64,000 nucleotides of DNA from Dehalococcoidia bacterium (GTDB lineage: Bacteria > Chloroflexota > Dehalococcoidia > Lucifugimonadales > CBDBON01): assembly GCA_965198105.1 (NCBI GenBank), contig OZ240240.1, positions 2,803,103-2,867,102 of the forward strand, given 5' to 3'. Made by a program: the position numbers and the translations under genes. The notes under the pieces are model-generated. The model made no database searches. It saw only the letters and a program-made list of their open reading frames with translations, and was not told the DNA's origin. Of the stretch, positions 38,923-49,129 are shown piece after piece; position 1 is the first letter of the stretch, and the number at the start of each line of letters is the position of its first letter.

Positions 38923-40575
38923 CGTGGCCTCCGGGTCGCCAGCCACTGAGCTCTATACCTTTGAGGAGATGGGTATCTACCCCGATACCCACGGCCGGTT
39001 CTGGTTCGAGGGCACTGACAGTGACTACTTCATGCACAGCTTTGGCCCGAAGAGGGCCACCAGCACCAGCGCTGACCGACCGCACTTCTGGTTTGAACTA
39101 AAGACCGAAACCGCTCGGCCACTGCCTGCCGGTGACTACACGGTGCGGCCGCGGAAGGTCGATGCGTTCATGGCCCACTGCACCTCCACGCTTCCTGTCC
39201 TGGGAGACGTGACCACCGAACTCACAGTGACTGCACCGACCGGCACCGTCTACGAGGCGATGTTCGATACTGCCACGGTCGGCAACGCCGTCCAGGCCTC
39301 CATCATGCTGAAGCCGTACACTGCGGCCGGAGCTGACACCTCGACAATCACCTCTGTGTCGTGGAGATCCGGGACGTTGAAGATCGAGATGGACCCTGTG
39401 ACGGCTCACGTGGGGAAGTACATCGACTTCATCGACGTAGACGGTGAGTTGGCCCTGCCGTTGAAGCTGGTTGACGCCACGGTGGACGCCACGGCCAAGA
39501 CGCTGTCGTGGTCGGTCGCTGACGCTCCTTGGGAAGCGGGCGACAAGATGATGCTGCGCATCTACGAGAAGGTCGCGAGCACCTGCACGGTCGCGGAGGG
39601 CGCGATGATGCCCGGGGCCTGCTATGGGGACCTCGCGTTCGCCAGCTCGTCCTACGGTTTCACGGTATACGACGTCGCCGCGGGCTCCAGCGTGGGCTCG
39701 GTGAGCGTCAACTTCCCCGATCCCGACCTGGTGACCCTGTCGATCATCTCCGGCGACGACAACGGCCACTTCGCGATCTCGGCGACGGGGGAGATCACGA
39801 CCGCGAAGCGGCTCGACCACGGGACGACCTCGTCCTACACCCTGACGGTCCAGGCGGACGCGGGGAGTTGGAGCAGGGCCACCGCCGAGGTTGCGGTGAC
39901 GGTCTCGCCCGTCACGGTGACGCTCAGCCCGCGCGAGGATGAGTTCTCTACCGGGACCGAGATCACCATCGAGTGGAGCGCCCCGGACGACTGCGCCGCC
40001 AGCCAGTACTTCGTGGGCGTGTACAACAACGAGGAGCTCTATCGAGCTGAGAGACCGCTGGGGCTCCATCCTGCCCCAGCCACAACCACGATCAGCGCAG
40101 ATCTGGGCTTGTCCTGGGACAGAGTTCCCGACTACGACTGGTGGGTGGGGGTAACCTGCGCCTCGAGCTCGGGGTGGACGGTGTTCGGAAAGGCCCCGCT
40201 CCAGTCGGGCCTGCCCAGGCCTGAGGTCGCGATCGCCGACCTCGGCGGCACGCTGGCGAACGGGTCGAGCGACGGTTTCACGGCCGACGCATCGAACCTG
40301 GACGCGGACACGAGCTACACGATCCGGGTGACGACGGACGACGCCGACCTGGGCTTCGACACTGGCTGCACGGACCGGCAGGAGGAGGTGACCGTGGCGG
40401 CGTCGAGCACATCGCACACGGCGTCGCTGACTCTATATGGTTGCGGGGCGCCGGGCGGGACGGTGACAGTGACGCTGCTCTCCGGCAAGACGACGGTCCA
40501 CACGGCCACCCAGGACGTGACGGTGCCCAACACGGCTGCGATGGGCGCGCCGACGGTCGGCGGGACGGTGCAGGC
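38923..40575 (+). pseudogene. Internal fragment of a large cadherin-domain surface protein
   Basis: F.I....GEITTAKRLDH....SYTLTVQA cadherin repeat; Thr/Ser-rich beta domains; no signal peptide, begins at the MITE. Confidence 0.7.
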
Positions 40576-41093
40576 GGGCCAGGGAGGGACTGCTGCCCGT
40601 CCCGGATCTTGTCCACACGCTTCGCGCCGTTCTTGCCTACGCTCATCATATCGTCTCCCAAGCCAAAGTAGGGGTGTGGCCGGAGGGAGTCGCTCACAGC
40701 GGACAATCTACTGAACGGGAGCGCCCTGCCGGAGCGTCACCAATGATGCAGCCGCAGGACTCCCGGGTCATGCTGAAACACGGGCAACATGCACCAATGC
40801 GCTGACGGCCTTTTGCCCGGACATCACGCCTCGCCACCAGCATATACTCTCGTGGCGCATCCACGTCAGTTAGTCCCATATGCACTGCCCGGATACGGGC
40901 TTGACCTGCTGATACGCAAGAAGGGGATCATCCTGGTGCTGGCGGCGGTCCATGATAGCCGCGTGGCCATGAGCCTGAAAGCTCCCATCGACACTCTGCT
41001 CTACCCCCGGCCCTATCGCCCCCGGGGGTGCCTGAGATTTCCGCCCTGGTGCTACGTCAGGTGCTCGCTCATAGGTCCGCAGCCCTTTCAGAC

Positions 41094-41633
41094 AGGCAGG
41101 CTAGGGGATGAGTACGACGTGCCCCGGCAGTTGGGCAGGCCGCGCCGGCGCGAGATGCCGCCGATCCCCCCCTAAAACTTTACGAAGCGGCCAAGCTGAT
41201 GGATAGCTTCGAGAAGCCAAACATTTTGGCGGGCATACAGACGACCGCCGACCAGATAAAGTCGGGGCAAAAGGAGTAAGGGAGCGCGGAGGAGCGTCAG
41301 GAGGCGCAACAGCCGGATGAGCACAAGGCGGTGATGCGGCTGTTCGGGGCGCTGGCAAAAAGCCTTGAACGCTGGATACAAGTTCGAGGAGAGGGGGGCG
41401 TTGGCGTGGAGGCTGTTCGTCGGGGTGGCCCGTCAGTACGGCTGGGTGGGGGATGACAAAGAGGCTCTCCAGGTGTTGAAGATGCTCGACCTGCTCAGCT
41501 CGTCCTACCGCGTCCGCAGGGAGAAGTTGCTCGCCCAATTCCGTCCCAGGCAGCGTCCGCCCGAGGGGGGCCACATGACCGACACAGGCGTGTCTAAAAA
41601 AACGCGAAGCCGTGAATATATTATTTTTTATAA
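41094..41633 (+). pseudogene. Degraded two-gene segment, inverted homolog of 38169-38706
   Basis: DEYDVPRQ.G.PRRRE..P.PP...Y.AA.LMDSFEK.NILAGI in both copies, with frameshifts at different positions. Confidence 0.65.
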
Positions 41634-42619
41634 CGGTCCCAGATACGGACCAGGCCATGAAACTGGGGAGTCCGGGCCGACCCGGTCCGCCGCTCCGAAT
41701 CGTCCTGCCGGCCGGCCTTCTGGCGTCAGGACGGCCGCCCTCCGGCCCTCTCCCGTCTCCCGCCGGGAATGGGGTTGAGCAGGGGTTCCTCCGGTCTCCT
41801 CCAGCTCTCGGGTCTGCAACCCGTCCGGCTTCTCGGAGATCGAGGTACGGGCTGGGGGACCGGCGCAGGGGGCGCAGCCGGGTGCTCTGGAGATGTCGCC
41901 CGTCGTACCCCGGCACCCATGTGTGACGAGTGACAGTGAGGGTCATGGTCCGCTCCGCCGGGCGGTGGTAGGACCTGTATGCCCGTGACGACCGGGGGAT
42001 CGCAGCCGGGCCCTCCACATGGAACGTCGCCCTGCGGCCAGGCGTTCACCGGCAGTTGCCGGCTCAAATGACGGCCCGGTGCCCGGCGGCGGGCGAGCTC
42101 GCCCGATGGCCGTTGCCCGTTACGGAGCCGCTGAAGAGGCCGGGCCGCCTGTCGACCGCCACCGCCGGAGATGGTGACGAGGCCGGCGATGCGGCGCCAG
42201 AGATGATCAGATCGTGGCGATCGCTGTACAGCTGGCGGCTCAACCACGGTGAGGACCGGGAACGTCCAGGATGAGCAGGGAGGTGCGGACGGGAATCATC
42301 CTGTCTGTGGAGTGAACGACCCCGGACATGGGCCAGGTCCTGAGGAAGCCGTCGGCACGTGCCGAGGGTACGGTGTCTCCGGGTCTGGCGGCACCAATCA
42401 CCAAGCCTGGGAATGAAGGCTCCCACACTGACGGTCTGACGAGCAGGATGCACATGAGACAACCATCTGAGTGCCAGACGGATGATCAGTCTCGTGTCGT
42501 GATCTCCACCACTCGGCACGGCGGGGAGATCAGAACGAAGCGGAGACATGGGAAACGGTTGCCATCGCAAGGTAAGGGGACTACATTTCCAGGGTCGTAG
42601 GTGTTATTGCTCAGCGATT

Positions 42620-42810
42620 CTGTCCTCAACGCTACACCGGACCTGTTGGCGACTGACATGGTGCTTCTGGCGCGGACCCGATACGCCGGAGTCAATCACA
42701 CACACCTCAGCGAGCTTCTCAGGGATCGGGAAGGCATCGATATCAGGCGCAACACGTTGCGCAAGATACTGACTGACGCCGGTGTGAACAGTCCTCGCCG
42801 TCGCAGGCAC
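42620..42810 (+). pseudogene. Fragment of an ISNCY-type transposase
   Basis: NHTHLSELL..REGI.I.R.TLR.IL..AG..SPR matches 58281-59768. Confidence 0.7.
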
Positions 42811-42941
42811 GTGCAACCACCATCGATGACGCTAACCGCGTGCTCGATGACTACCTTCCCCGATCCAATGAACGCTTCGGTGTGCCGGCGCGGCAGAGGC
42901 CATTATGACGGTAACCGTGGTATACCACACGTCTAGAGGGC

Positions 42942-42969
42942 TTGATAACACGTGTAAACGTGGTATAAT
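42942..42969 (+). promoter_or_regulatory. Sigma70-type promoter of the DGQHR gene
   Basis: TTGATA-N16-TATAAT with TGn extension; GGAGG at 42989-42993 before TTG 43001. Confidence 0.65.
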
Positions 42970-43000
42970 ATCTTCTGACGACTATTGTGGAGGACGAACA

Positions 43001-44317
43001 TTGACTACATTTCTTGACTCGATTGCGGCGGAGCCGAAAGCCGAGACTTCGCCCCTAAGCGCTGGTGCCGTACTGACCGAAGTCTCGGGGACATCGGAAG
43101 ATGCACGAGCTAGAGCTGCAGCTCTAGCTATGGACTCACAACGCGAGGTGGTTCCCGTTCGGGTCTTTGAGCAAGGGCGGCGTACCATGCTGGACGGCGT
43201 GCTCCCCATCCGAGTCTTGGTGCGAGTTCTCGAGCACAACGCTGTACCCAAGGGCGCTACGGCAGGGAAAGCACTGACGGCATTGAATCGTCCAGTGGTT
43301 CCGCAGCATGTCAGGGCCATCGTGACCTACTTGAGACAGGCCTTGGAGAGCGGCAGCCCGTACATCATCCCGGCCCTCACGTTGAACTCCACTGACAGGA
43401 TCGAGGTAGTCATACCGAGCGGAAACTACAGGCCCATCACGGGGTATGCGGTCTTTCCGGACGAGGCAGCGGTCCATATCACAGACGGCCAACATCGGTT
43501 TCTTGCTATCCGGGAAGTCGTGGGCGAGCTCCGGGGAACTCATGCCGGAGCCCAATTCATGCGCGCCGGTGTCCCTGTGATGATCACTATCGAGAGCGAA
43601 CTTGCCCAAGTGCATCAAGACTTTGCCGACGCCGGAAAAACGAAGCCGCTGCCTCTGTCGCTATTGGCGGTCTACGACGTTCGCCAGCCAGCCAACGCTG
43701 CCGTCATGAAGATAGCCGAGCGCGTCCCGTTGCTCAAAGATAGAATCGATGCTACGTCGACGACCCTGAGCGTGAACTCCCCCTTCATCTTCCTTGTCAA
43801 CCAAATCCGTCAGTTTGTGAAGTCCAGTTTAACGGGCAACCCATCCATGCAAGAGCCTACTTTCGCCACTCATGCGAGGAATGCGCTGAGTCATGATGAG
43901 GCTCGCGAGCGCTGGACGAGTTCTCGGGTGGCATTCCTAAAGGTCATGACCGAGATTATTGAGGATTGGCGAGAACTCGCAGCGTTACCTGCGCCAGGCG
44001 GGGCAGATGCGGCGGAAGTTCTGGCTCGCACGAAGGCGATTCGTGGGCGTCGGCGAGTATCGATGTCAGCAGCGTGTCTCACTACATTGGGCCTCGTGTC
44101 CTGCGATGTCCTGATGAACGTAACGAGCTCGCCGGTTGACCAAGCCAAGCTCGAAAGCGAACTGAGGACCACCCTAAAGCCATTGGAGAAGGTCGACTGG
44201 AATAGGTCGGCGGATATCTGGGCTGGCAATCTGGTCGTCGATGGAACAATCTTGAATCGGACGGCAGTGGTTAAAGGGGCTCATAAAGCGCTCATGAGTG
44301 TCCTCGATTCGGCGTAG
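43001..44317 (+). CDS. DGQHR-domain (DndB-like) protein
   Basis: LNRP, YI.PALTLN, ITDGQHRFLAI, Q.HQDFAD..K.KP motifs. Confidence 0.85.
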   Translation: MTTFLDSIAAEPKAETSPLSAGAVLTEVSGTSEDARARAAALAMDSQREVVPVRVFEQGRRTMLDGVLPIRVLVRVLEHNAVPKGATAGKALTALNRPVVPQHVRAIVTYLRQALESGSPYIIPALTLNSTDRIEVVIPSGNYRPITGYAVFPDEAAVHITDGQHRFLAIREVVGELRGTHAGAQFMRAGVPVMITIESELAQVHQDFADAGKTKPLPLSLLAVYDVRQPANAAVMKIAERVPLLKDRIDATSTTLSVNSPFIFLVNQIRQFVKSSLTGNPSMQEPTFATHARNALSHDEARERWTSSRVAFLKVMTEIIEDWRELAALPAPGGADAAEVLARTKAIRGRRRVSMSAACLTTLGLVSCDVLMNVTSSPVDQAKLESELRTTLKPLEKVDWNRSADIWAGNLVVDGTILNRTAVVKGAHKALMSVLDSA

Positions 44318-44657
44318 CCAACGGGTGCCATCGGTCTTGGCCAGACCCGTCATCGAGGTCAACCGTCCGGACTGGTTCACACGTCGTAAGATGGGCAAGA
44401 GCGATTCTGTGGATGCCGAGATGGCACATCGGCACTGTCCACTGTCGCCGCTGCGGGTTTGACTTGGAGGCCAGCACCGCCGCCACCTGCTTCGTCAGGA
44501 GTTTCAACATCGGTGAGATTGTCGACGCCCCGCCATGGAGACCCTGAAAGCCTATGCCTGCACACCAGAAGCAAACAGGACCTACTGACAGGTACAGTAT
44601 CCGGTCGTCCAGCCGGGCCCACGGTGGACGAGACGGGGAGGAGAGAGGTTGAGGCAT

Positions 44658-45107
44658 ATGAGTGACAGACTGATGCGCCGACGGGATGTTGAGGAGATTA
44701 CGGGCCTGAGCCGTTCGTCGATCTACCGGAAGATGGAAGAGGGGACATTCCCGCGGTCTGTGAGAGTCACGCCCGGGTCGGTCCGGTGGAGGAGGAGCGA
44801 GATCATGGACTGGATGGAGTCCCTGCCTGTCACAGGAGGAGAACTCGCGCACCGCGTGACTTCGGGCGTGGACGTACAGAGACTCTGGAGCTGGAGTGGA
44901 CGGTCCGGGACGCAGCGTGGTGTGAGATATGCTCGGGACGCATACCGCGGGCTCTCCGCTTATCTGAAGCGGAGACTGCGACGTGGGATCTCCCCTGCCG
45001 ACGTGCTGACCGCCATGCTCAGGAGACGGCGCGTGGGCCGCAGCTGGCGAGTTCGGAGACGCCCGCGTCCGATTCCGGTACCGGACCGATCGGAGGCGTC
45101 GGCATAG
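44658..45107 (+). CDS. AlpA-family regulator/excisionase with long C-terminal extension
   Basis: RLMRRRDVEEITGLSRSSIYRKM..GTFP..V......VRW...EI..W. Confidence 0.8.
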   Translation: MSDRLMRRRDVEEITGLSRSSIYRKMEEGTFPRSVRVTPGSVRWRRSEIMDWMESLPVTGGELAHRVTSGVDVQRLWSWSGRSGTQRGVRYARDAYRGLSAYLKRRLRRGISPADVLTAMLRRRRVGRSWRVRRRPRPIPVPDRSEASA

Positions 45108-45119
45108 CGAGCGACCGGA

Positions 45120-45600
45120 TCAGACATCGTCCTTGTACGGCTCCATGAGGTAGTCCACCCACCGCTGCATCAGCGTGCGACGCTGCTCGGACAGGTCGGA
45201 GCGGGCATAGGCCTGGGCCACGGCGCCTCCGAGCCGGTGAGCCAGGGCCGCCTCGGCGACCTCCCAGGACGTGTCCGTCCGCTCCATCGTCCACGTCCTG
45301 AACGACGTCCTGAACCCGTGCACCGTGGTCCGTTCCGCGAGTCCGGTCTTTCGGAGCACATTCGTGAGGGTCACGTCGCTCAGCATATGGCCCCGGCCGA
45401 AGCGGCGACGGGAAGCAGAGCGGCGAGCCGTCTCGCAGGCGATGGGCTGCCTCCAGCACCTCCATCGCCTGCGAGCTGAGGGGCACCCTGTGCTCCTCGC
45501 CCGCCTTCATGCGCGATGCGGGCACGGTCCACACGGCTCCGTCGGTGTCGATCTCCTCCCATGAGGCGCCCCTGGCCTCACCGGAGCGCGCCGCGGTGAT
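45120..45600 (-). pseudogene. P4-like tyrosine integrase, C-terminal remnant with frameshift
   Basis: TAARSGEARGA.W.EID, MKAG.EHRVPLS, TVHGFRTSFRTW, AALAH, AY.RSD. Confidence 0.9.
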
Positions 45601-45729
45601 AGAGGGTATCGCCGTCGACAATGGGATGCCACGCTGTGGCCCCTCGTCTTTGCGGGATTCCCCAAGACCGAGGAGTGCCAAAGGCTGGCTTAGCTTCCCG
45701 GGCAGGTCGTTCAGATGTAGTAGCGGCGA

Positions 45730-46060
45730 GACGGTAGACGGAGGCCACGGCGCCCATCCGGCGGATGAGTAGCGCCAGCCACTCCCTGTGCATGGGGTCA
45801 GGCCCGTACGAAGTCAGAGGGCGTGTCGAAGTCGAGGACCTGGGCGGTTTCGCGGATGCCATTGGCTGTCAAGTGGTATCTCTGGCTCGAAGGCAGGTGG
45901 GCGGTGCCGTGGCTGGCCCGCCCCACGATGCCGTCGGTCAGCAGCCCGGTCAGGGCGCGGTGGATGGTCAAGTGTGGCTCAGCTCACCCAGGGTGAGTGC
46001 CAGTTCCACCGAGTCGATGAACGGCATCCGACTGAGGGCGTCGAGCGGCTGTCGGTCAGA
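45730..46060 (-). pseudogene. Remnant of a winged-helix-type gene of an integrative element
   Basis: Minus-strand reading DALSRMPFIDSVELA...IHRALTGLL..GIV...RYHLT.NG with an internal stop. Confidence 0.4.
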
Positions 46061-46157
46061 TAGGGCCATGTATCGAACTCATCGAAGGTTTAGAAGTGCC
46101 CAGCTTGGCGATGCCGAGAGCGAGTTCGTTGAGGTCCGATGACAGGGAACGTGGGGA

Positions 46158-46449
46158 TTAAGAGCCCGGCTCGAACACCAACTCCGGCACCACCACTTCC
46201 CAGGCATCGCACTGAAGACCGCTCAGGTACTGCGGTTCAGAGCGCTCCCTGTCCCAAGTGACGACGGCCAAGACCGTGGCAAACGTGCAACGCACACCGT
46301 CGGGGGCCTCGAAACCACGAGCGAGTTGCCCAACGACCATCCCTTTGCAATCAAGAAGCTCCCAACGATTTGAGCCGTTTCGCACCTCCAGCCTATCGCC
46401 GGGCGAGAGAGAGGCAATGGCGCGATGCACTGGATGACCATGTTGCTTG
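46158..46449 (-). pseudogene. C-terminal remnant of a large RecQ-type helicase, cut by IS1595
   Basis: VHRAIA.L.PGD.L...RWEL......VG.LA, WEVVVPELVF. Confidence 0.55.
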
Positions 46450-46500
46450 GGGGATTATGCACTTGACGCGGAATAGAAAGGGCCTTACCATGCGCCCGAT

Positions 46501-47064
46501 ATGGCATGGCTCCGAAGGATCGGGGGTGCGCTTTTCTCGGCAGGGGTATGGCTCTCCCTCGCTTTTGAGCTGTTCGGACTGCCTGGGCATATCGACGATG
46601 CGGTTCAGTGGGTTCGGTGGGTTCGCTTAGCAATGGATTCCCCGTTCTTCTGGCCCACGTTGTTTGCGGCGGCTGTCGGCGGCCCTGTCCTGCTAACGTG
46701 GGACTGGTGGATGCCACGCGCAAGACGTTGGAGCGAGATTGAAGACGAGGCTGGCGACGACGTCCTGATGGCTCGATTCAAGGACCTTGCCCATCTCATT
46801 CAACGCCATATGGCCGATGTTCGGCTACTGATTGAAGACCCTGAAGGGGCTGAATTGAGTCCCCGGTTCGATGCTGATTACGACGAACTGATAGGCGTGC
46901 TGGAGGGTCTTGGCGTCGGATATATTCCAGAGAAGCGTAACTCTAGGCGCTGGCTTCAGTTTCTGGTCTTTATGAACACGTTGGCCGAGACCGGACAACT
47001 TGATCGAGCTCAGCAGCTTGATTTCTCTGGTCTTTGGGAACGGGAGGCGATGAGAGATGGCTAG
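46501..47064 (+). CDS. Hypothetical membrane protein (IS1595 passenger)
   Basis: Two N-terminal hydrophobic segments; 187 aa. Confidence 0.6.
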   Translation: MAWLRRIGGALFSAGVWLSLAFELFGLPGHIDDAVQWVRWVRLAMDSPFFWPTLFAAAVGGPVLLTWDWWMPRARRWSEIEDEAGDDVLMARFKDLAHLIQRHMADVRLLIEDPEGAELSPRFDADYDELIGVLEGLGVGYIPEKRNSRRWLQFLVFMNTLAETGQLDRAQQLDFSGLWEREAMRDG

Positions 47065-47177
47065 GCCGAACTTCCGCAACCGGACACTCTGGACGGGCGA
47101 TAACCTAGTACGGCCGCCCGCGACTGCGGAGAGGCTGGAGCCGAGAATGCCAGGGATTCCCGCCGTAGGGTCTAGCC

Positions 47178-47582
47178 ATGCGTGAATGGTGGGAGAGGAA
47201 TCGAGAATGGTTGACGCGTGGGTCACTGACCGCAGAAGACCGAGAGGCATGGAGGAATGACAGGACGGTGGAGGGGTGGGTGGCTTCGTTGGATGCCTTC
47301 TGGCGTAGGCGTAGGCGCTCGATCATCGTAGGAGTTGTGGCGATGTTGGCCCTGATGATGATATGCAGCTACTGGTACGGCAACTCCTGCGACCGCTTCC
47401 TAGACCGGCTAGAAGACGACCCGTGGAAACAGGCGGCACTCATCCAATGGCATAACTTCAGGGACGAGGATGACAGCACCTACCTGACGGGCACAGAGAA
47501 GCGTTGCTACCGAACGGACAGCCGTGTGGCCGATTTCATTCGTGCTACTTGGCCGACCACGGCGGCCCCATTCTCAAACTAA
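47178..47582 (+). CDS. Hypothetical single-TM protein (IS1595 passenger)
   Basis: RRRRR followed by a 20-aa hydrophobic stretch. Confidence 0.55.
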   Translation: MREWWERNREWLTRGSLTAEDREAWRNDRTVEGWVASLDAFWRRRRRSIIVGVVAMLALMMICSYWYGNSCDRFLDRLEDDPWKQAALIQWHNFRDEDDSTYLTGTEKRCYRTDSRVADFIRATWPTTAAPFSN

Positions 47583-47661
47583 GAACTAAGCCCCTAACTA
47601 CTACTGATTTCGCTGCAGAGAGTGCCCAACGCGATCCACCGTAAAAGGAGTTGAGTAAGCA

Positions 47662-47982
47662 ATGGAACTGATACCGATTGCCAGCCTACTCATGAGCGCG
47701 CCGCGAGCCGTCAGCGCCGCAATGGACCTGACCAAGAGGATTCGGGAACGCCATCAGGACAAGACCGACTCTAAGGACGAGCCCGACTTGACCACGCGCG
47801 TCCAAGACCTTGAGCAGAGTGTTCAAGCAACAGCCGATCTTGTAGCTCAGAATGCCCAGACGATCAACGCGCTGACGGTTCAGCTTGATGCCATCTCCCG
47901 CAGGCACAGGATGCTCACTGCGACCATTGTTGGCTTGGGTGTGGTATCGATAGGGGCACTCGTGGTGGCAGTCGTCCTATGA
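47662..47982 (+). CDS. Hypothetical coiled-coil protein with C-terminal TM (IS1595 passenger)
   Basis: AAGGAG RBS; heptad-like segment; C-terminal hydrophobic helix. Confidence 0.65.
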   Translation: MELIPIASLLMSAPRAVSAAMDLTKRIRERHQDKTDSKDEPDLTTRVQDLEQSVQATADLVAQNAQTINALTVQLDAISRRHRMLTATIVGLGVVSIGALVVAVVL

Positions 47983-48026
47983 AGAACCGCGACCCGAGGA
48001 AGGCAGCGGGAGGGAATGCGGTGACG

Positions 48027-48923
48027 TTAGGCCACCAGTTCCTTGTACTCGACGTGCTTCGCGTCCAGCAGCCGGAGCAGCGTGTCCCTAAACAGGAAGG
48101 GGTTGTCGCGGTTGTTGAACCGCCATTCGAGCTCGTCGAGATAGGCGTCCAGATGCTTGACGCTGACCTTGTGGTATGCCCCGATGATGCTGCGCTTCAG
48201 GAGGCTCCAGACGTTCTCGACGGTGTTGGTGTGAACGTCGCCCCGAACCCATTCCTCGGCGCGGTGATTGACCGTCTCGTGGATGGTGTTGTCGTCCTCG
48301 ATGCCGGCGTAGGGCGCCCATTCGTCCGTGAAGTAGGCGACCGTCTCATCGGCAGTGGTCTGCCGGATGAACTCATGGAGCGTGTCGCGGTCGCGGGCCT
48401 GAATGACCTTCAGGATGATCTTGCCCTGCCGCTGGACGGCTCCGATAACGGCGGTCTTGTTGTCTTTGAATCCGCGCCCCTTGCCCCTGACCTTGCCGCC
48501 GATAAAGGTCTCGTCAACCTCGACGATGCCTTTGAGCGGCATTGGGTAGGCGTCTTCCATTGCGGCCCTGATGCGGTGACAGAGATACCAGGACGTGCGG
48601 TAGGCCACGTCGATGGTCCGCTGCAACTGAAGAGCGCTGATGCCCTTCTTGGACTCGGTCATGAGGTAGACCGCCAGGAACCACTTCTTGAGCGGCAGAT
48701 GGGTGTCGTGGAGCATCGTGTCGGCCGTGACACTGAACTGGTATCCACAGTCGGCGCAGTCGTACTGATTACGGCTCACGGTGTTGCGGATATGCAGGGA
48801 GCCGCAACGTATGCAGGTGACGCCGTTGGGCCAGCGCAGTTGTTCGAGTACCTCGCGGCACTTTTCATCGCTGTGGTAGTCGTCCATCAGCTTCATCAGA
48901 TTCATCTTCCGAAGGGTTGCCAT
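48027..48923 (-). CDS. IS1595-family transposase
   Basis: Zn ribbon C..C...C..C, VEVDETFIGG, FTDEW..Y, HTNTVEN.WS.LKR, YLDE..WRFN; AGGAG RBS before MATLRK. Confidence 0.95.
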   Translation of the reverse strand: MATLRKMNLMKLMDDYHSDEKCREVLEQLRWPNGVTCIRCGSLHIRNTVSRNQYDCADCGYQFSVTADTMLHDTHLPLKKWFLAVYLMTESKKGISALQLQRTIDVAYRTSWYLCHRIRAAMEDAYPMPLKGIVEVDETFIGGKVRGKGRGFKDNKTAVIGAVQRQGKIILKVIQARDRDTLHEFIRQTTADETVAYFTDEWAPYAGIEDDNTIHETVNHRAEEWVRGDVHTNTVENVWSLLKRSIIGAYHKVSVKHLDAYLDELEWRFNNRDNPFLFRDTLLRLLDAKHVEYKELVA

Positions 48924-48936
48924 CAGGGGGTCTCCT

Positions 48937-49083
48937 ATGCCTAAGCCGAAGAAGCCGGCCATCGAGTTGACTCGTGACGAGCTGGCCGAGCGGGTGTTTC
49001 CAAAGCGAGTTGTTCAAGAGGCCAAGAAGATAGCTCAAACTGCTCGAAAAGGTGGTCGGCAACCTGCTCGCAAATCGTCATAA
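48937..49083 (+). CDS. 48-aa basic small ORF divergent from the IS1595 transposase
   Basis: MPKPKKPAIELTRDELAERVFPKRVVQEAKKIAQTARKGGRQPARKSS; open ATG to TAA inside the TIRs. Confidence 0.5.
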   Translation: MPKPKKPAIELTRDELAERVFPKRVVQEAKKIAQTARKGGRQPARKSS

Positions 49084-49129
49084 CACGAGTATATCAGCTA
49101 TGAATATCCGTGTCAAGTGCATAATCCCC

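Larger units (their letters stand above)
46450..49129 (-). mobile_element. IS1595-family element with passenger genes (2680 bp)
   Basis: TIR GGGGATTATGCACTTGAC(G/A)CGGA at both ends (22/23); no TSD. Confidence 0.9.

Noticed and set aside
41640-42600. Possible coding remnants
   Set aside because: No frame gave a motif I could support.
43001-44317. Complete Dnd phosphorothioation system
   Set aside because: No DndA/IscS, DndC, DndD or DndE homolog is in the window.
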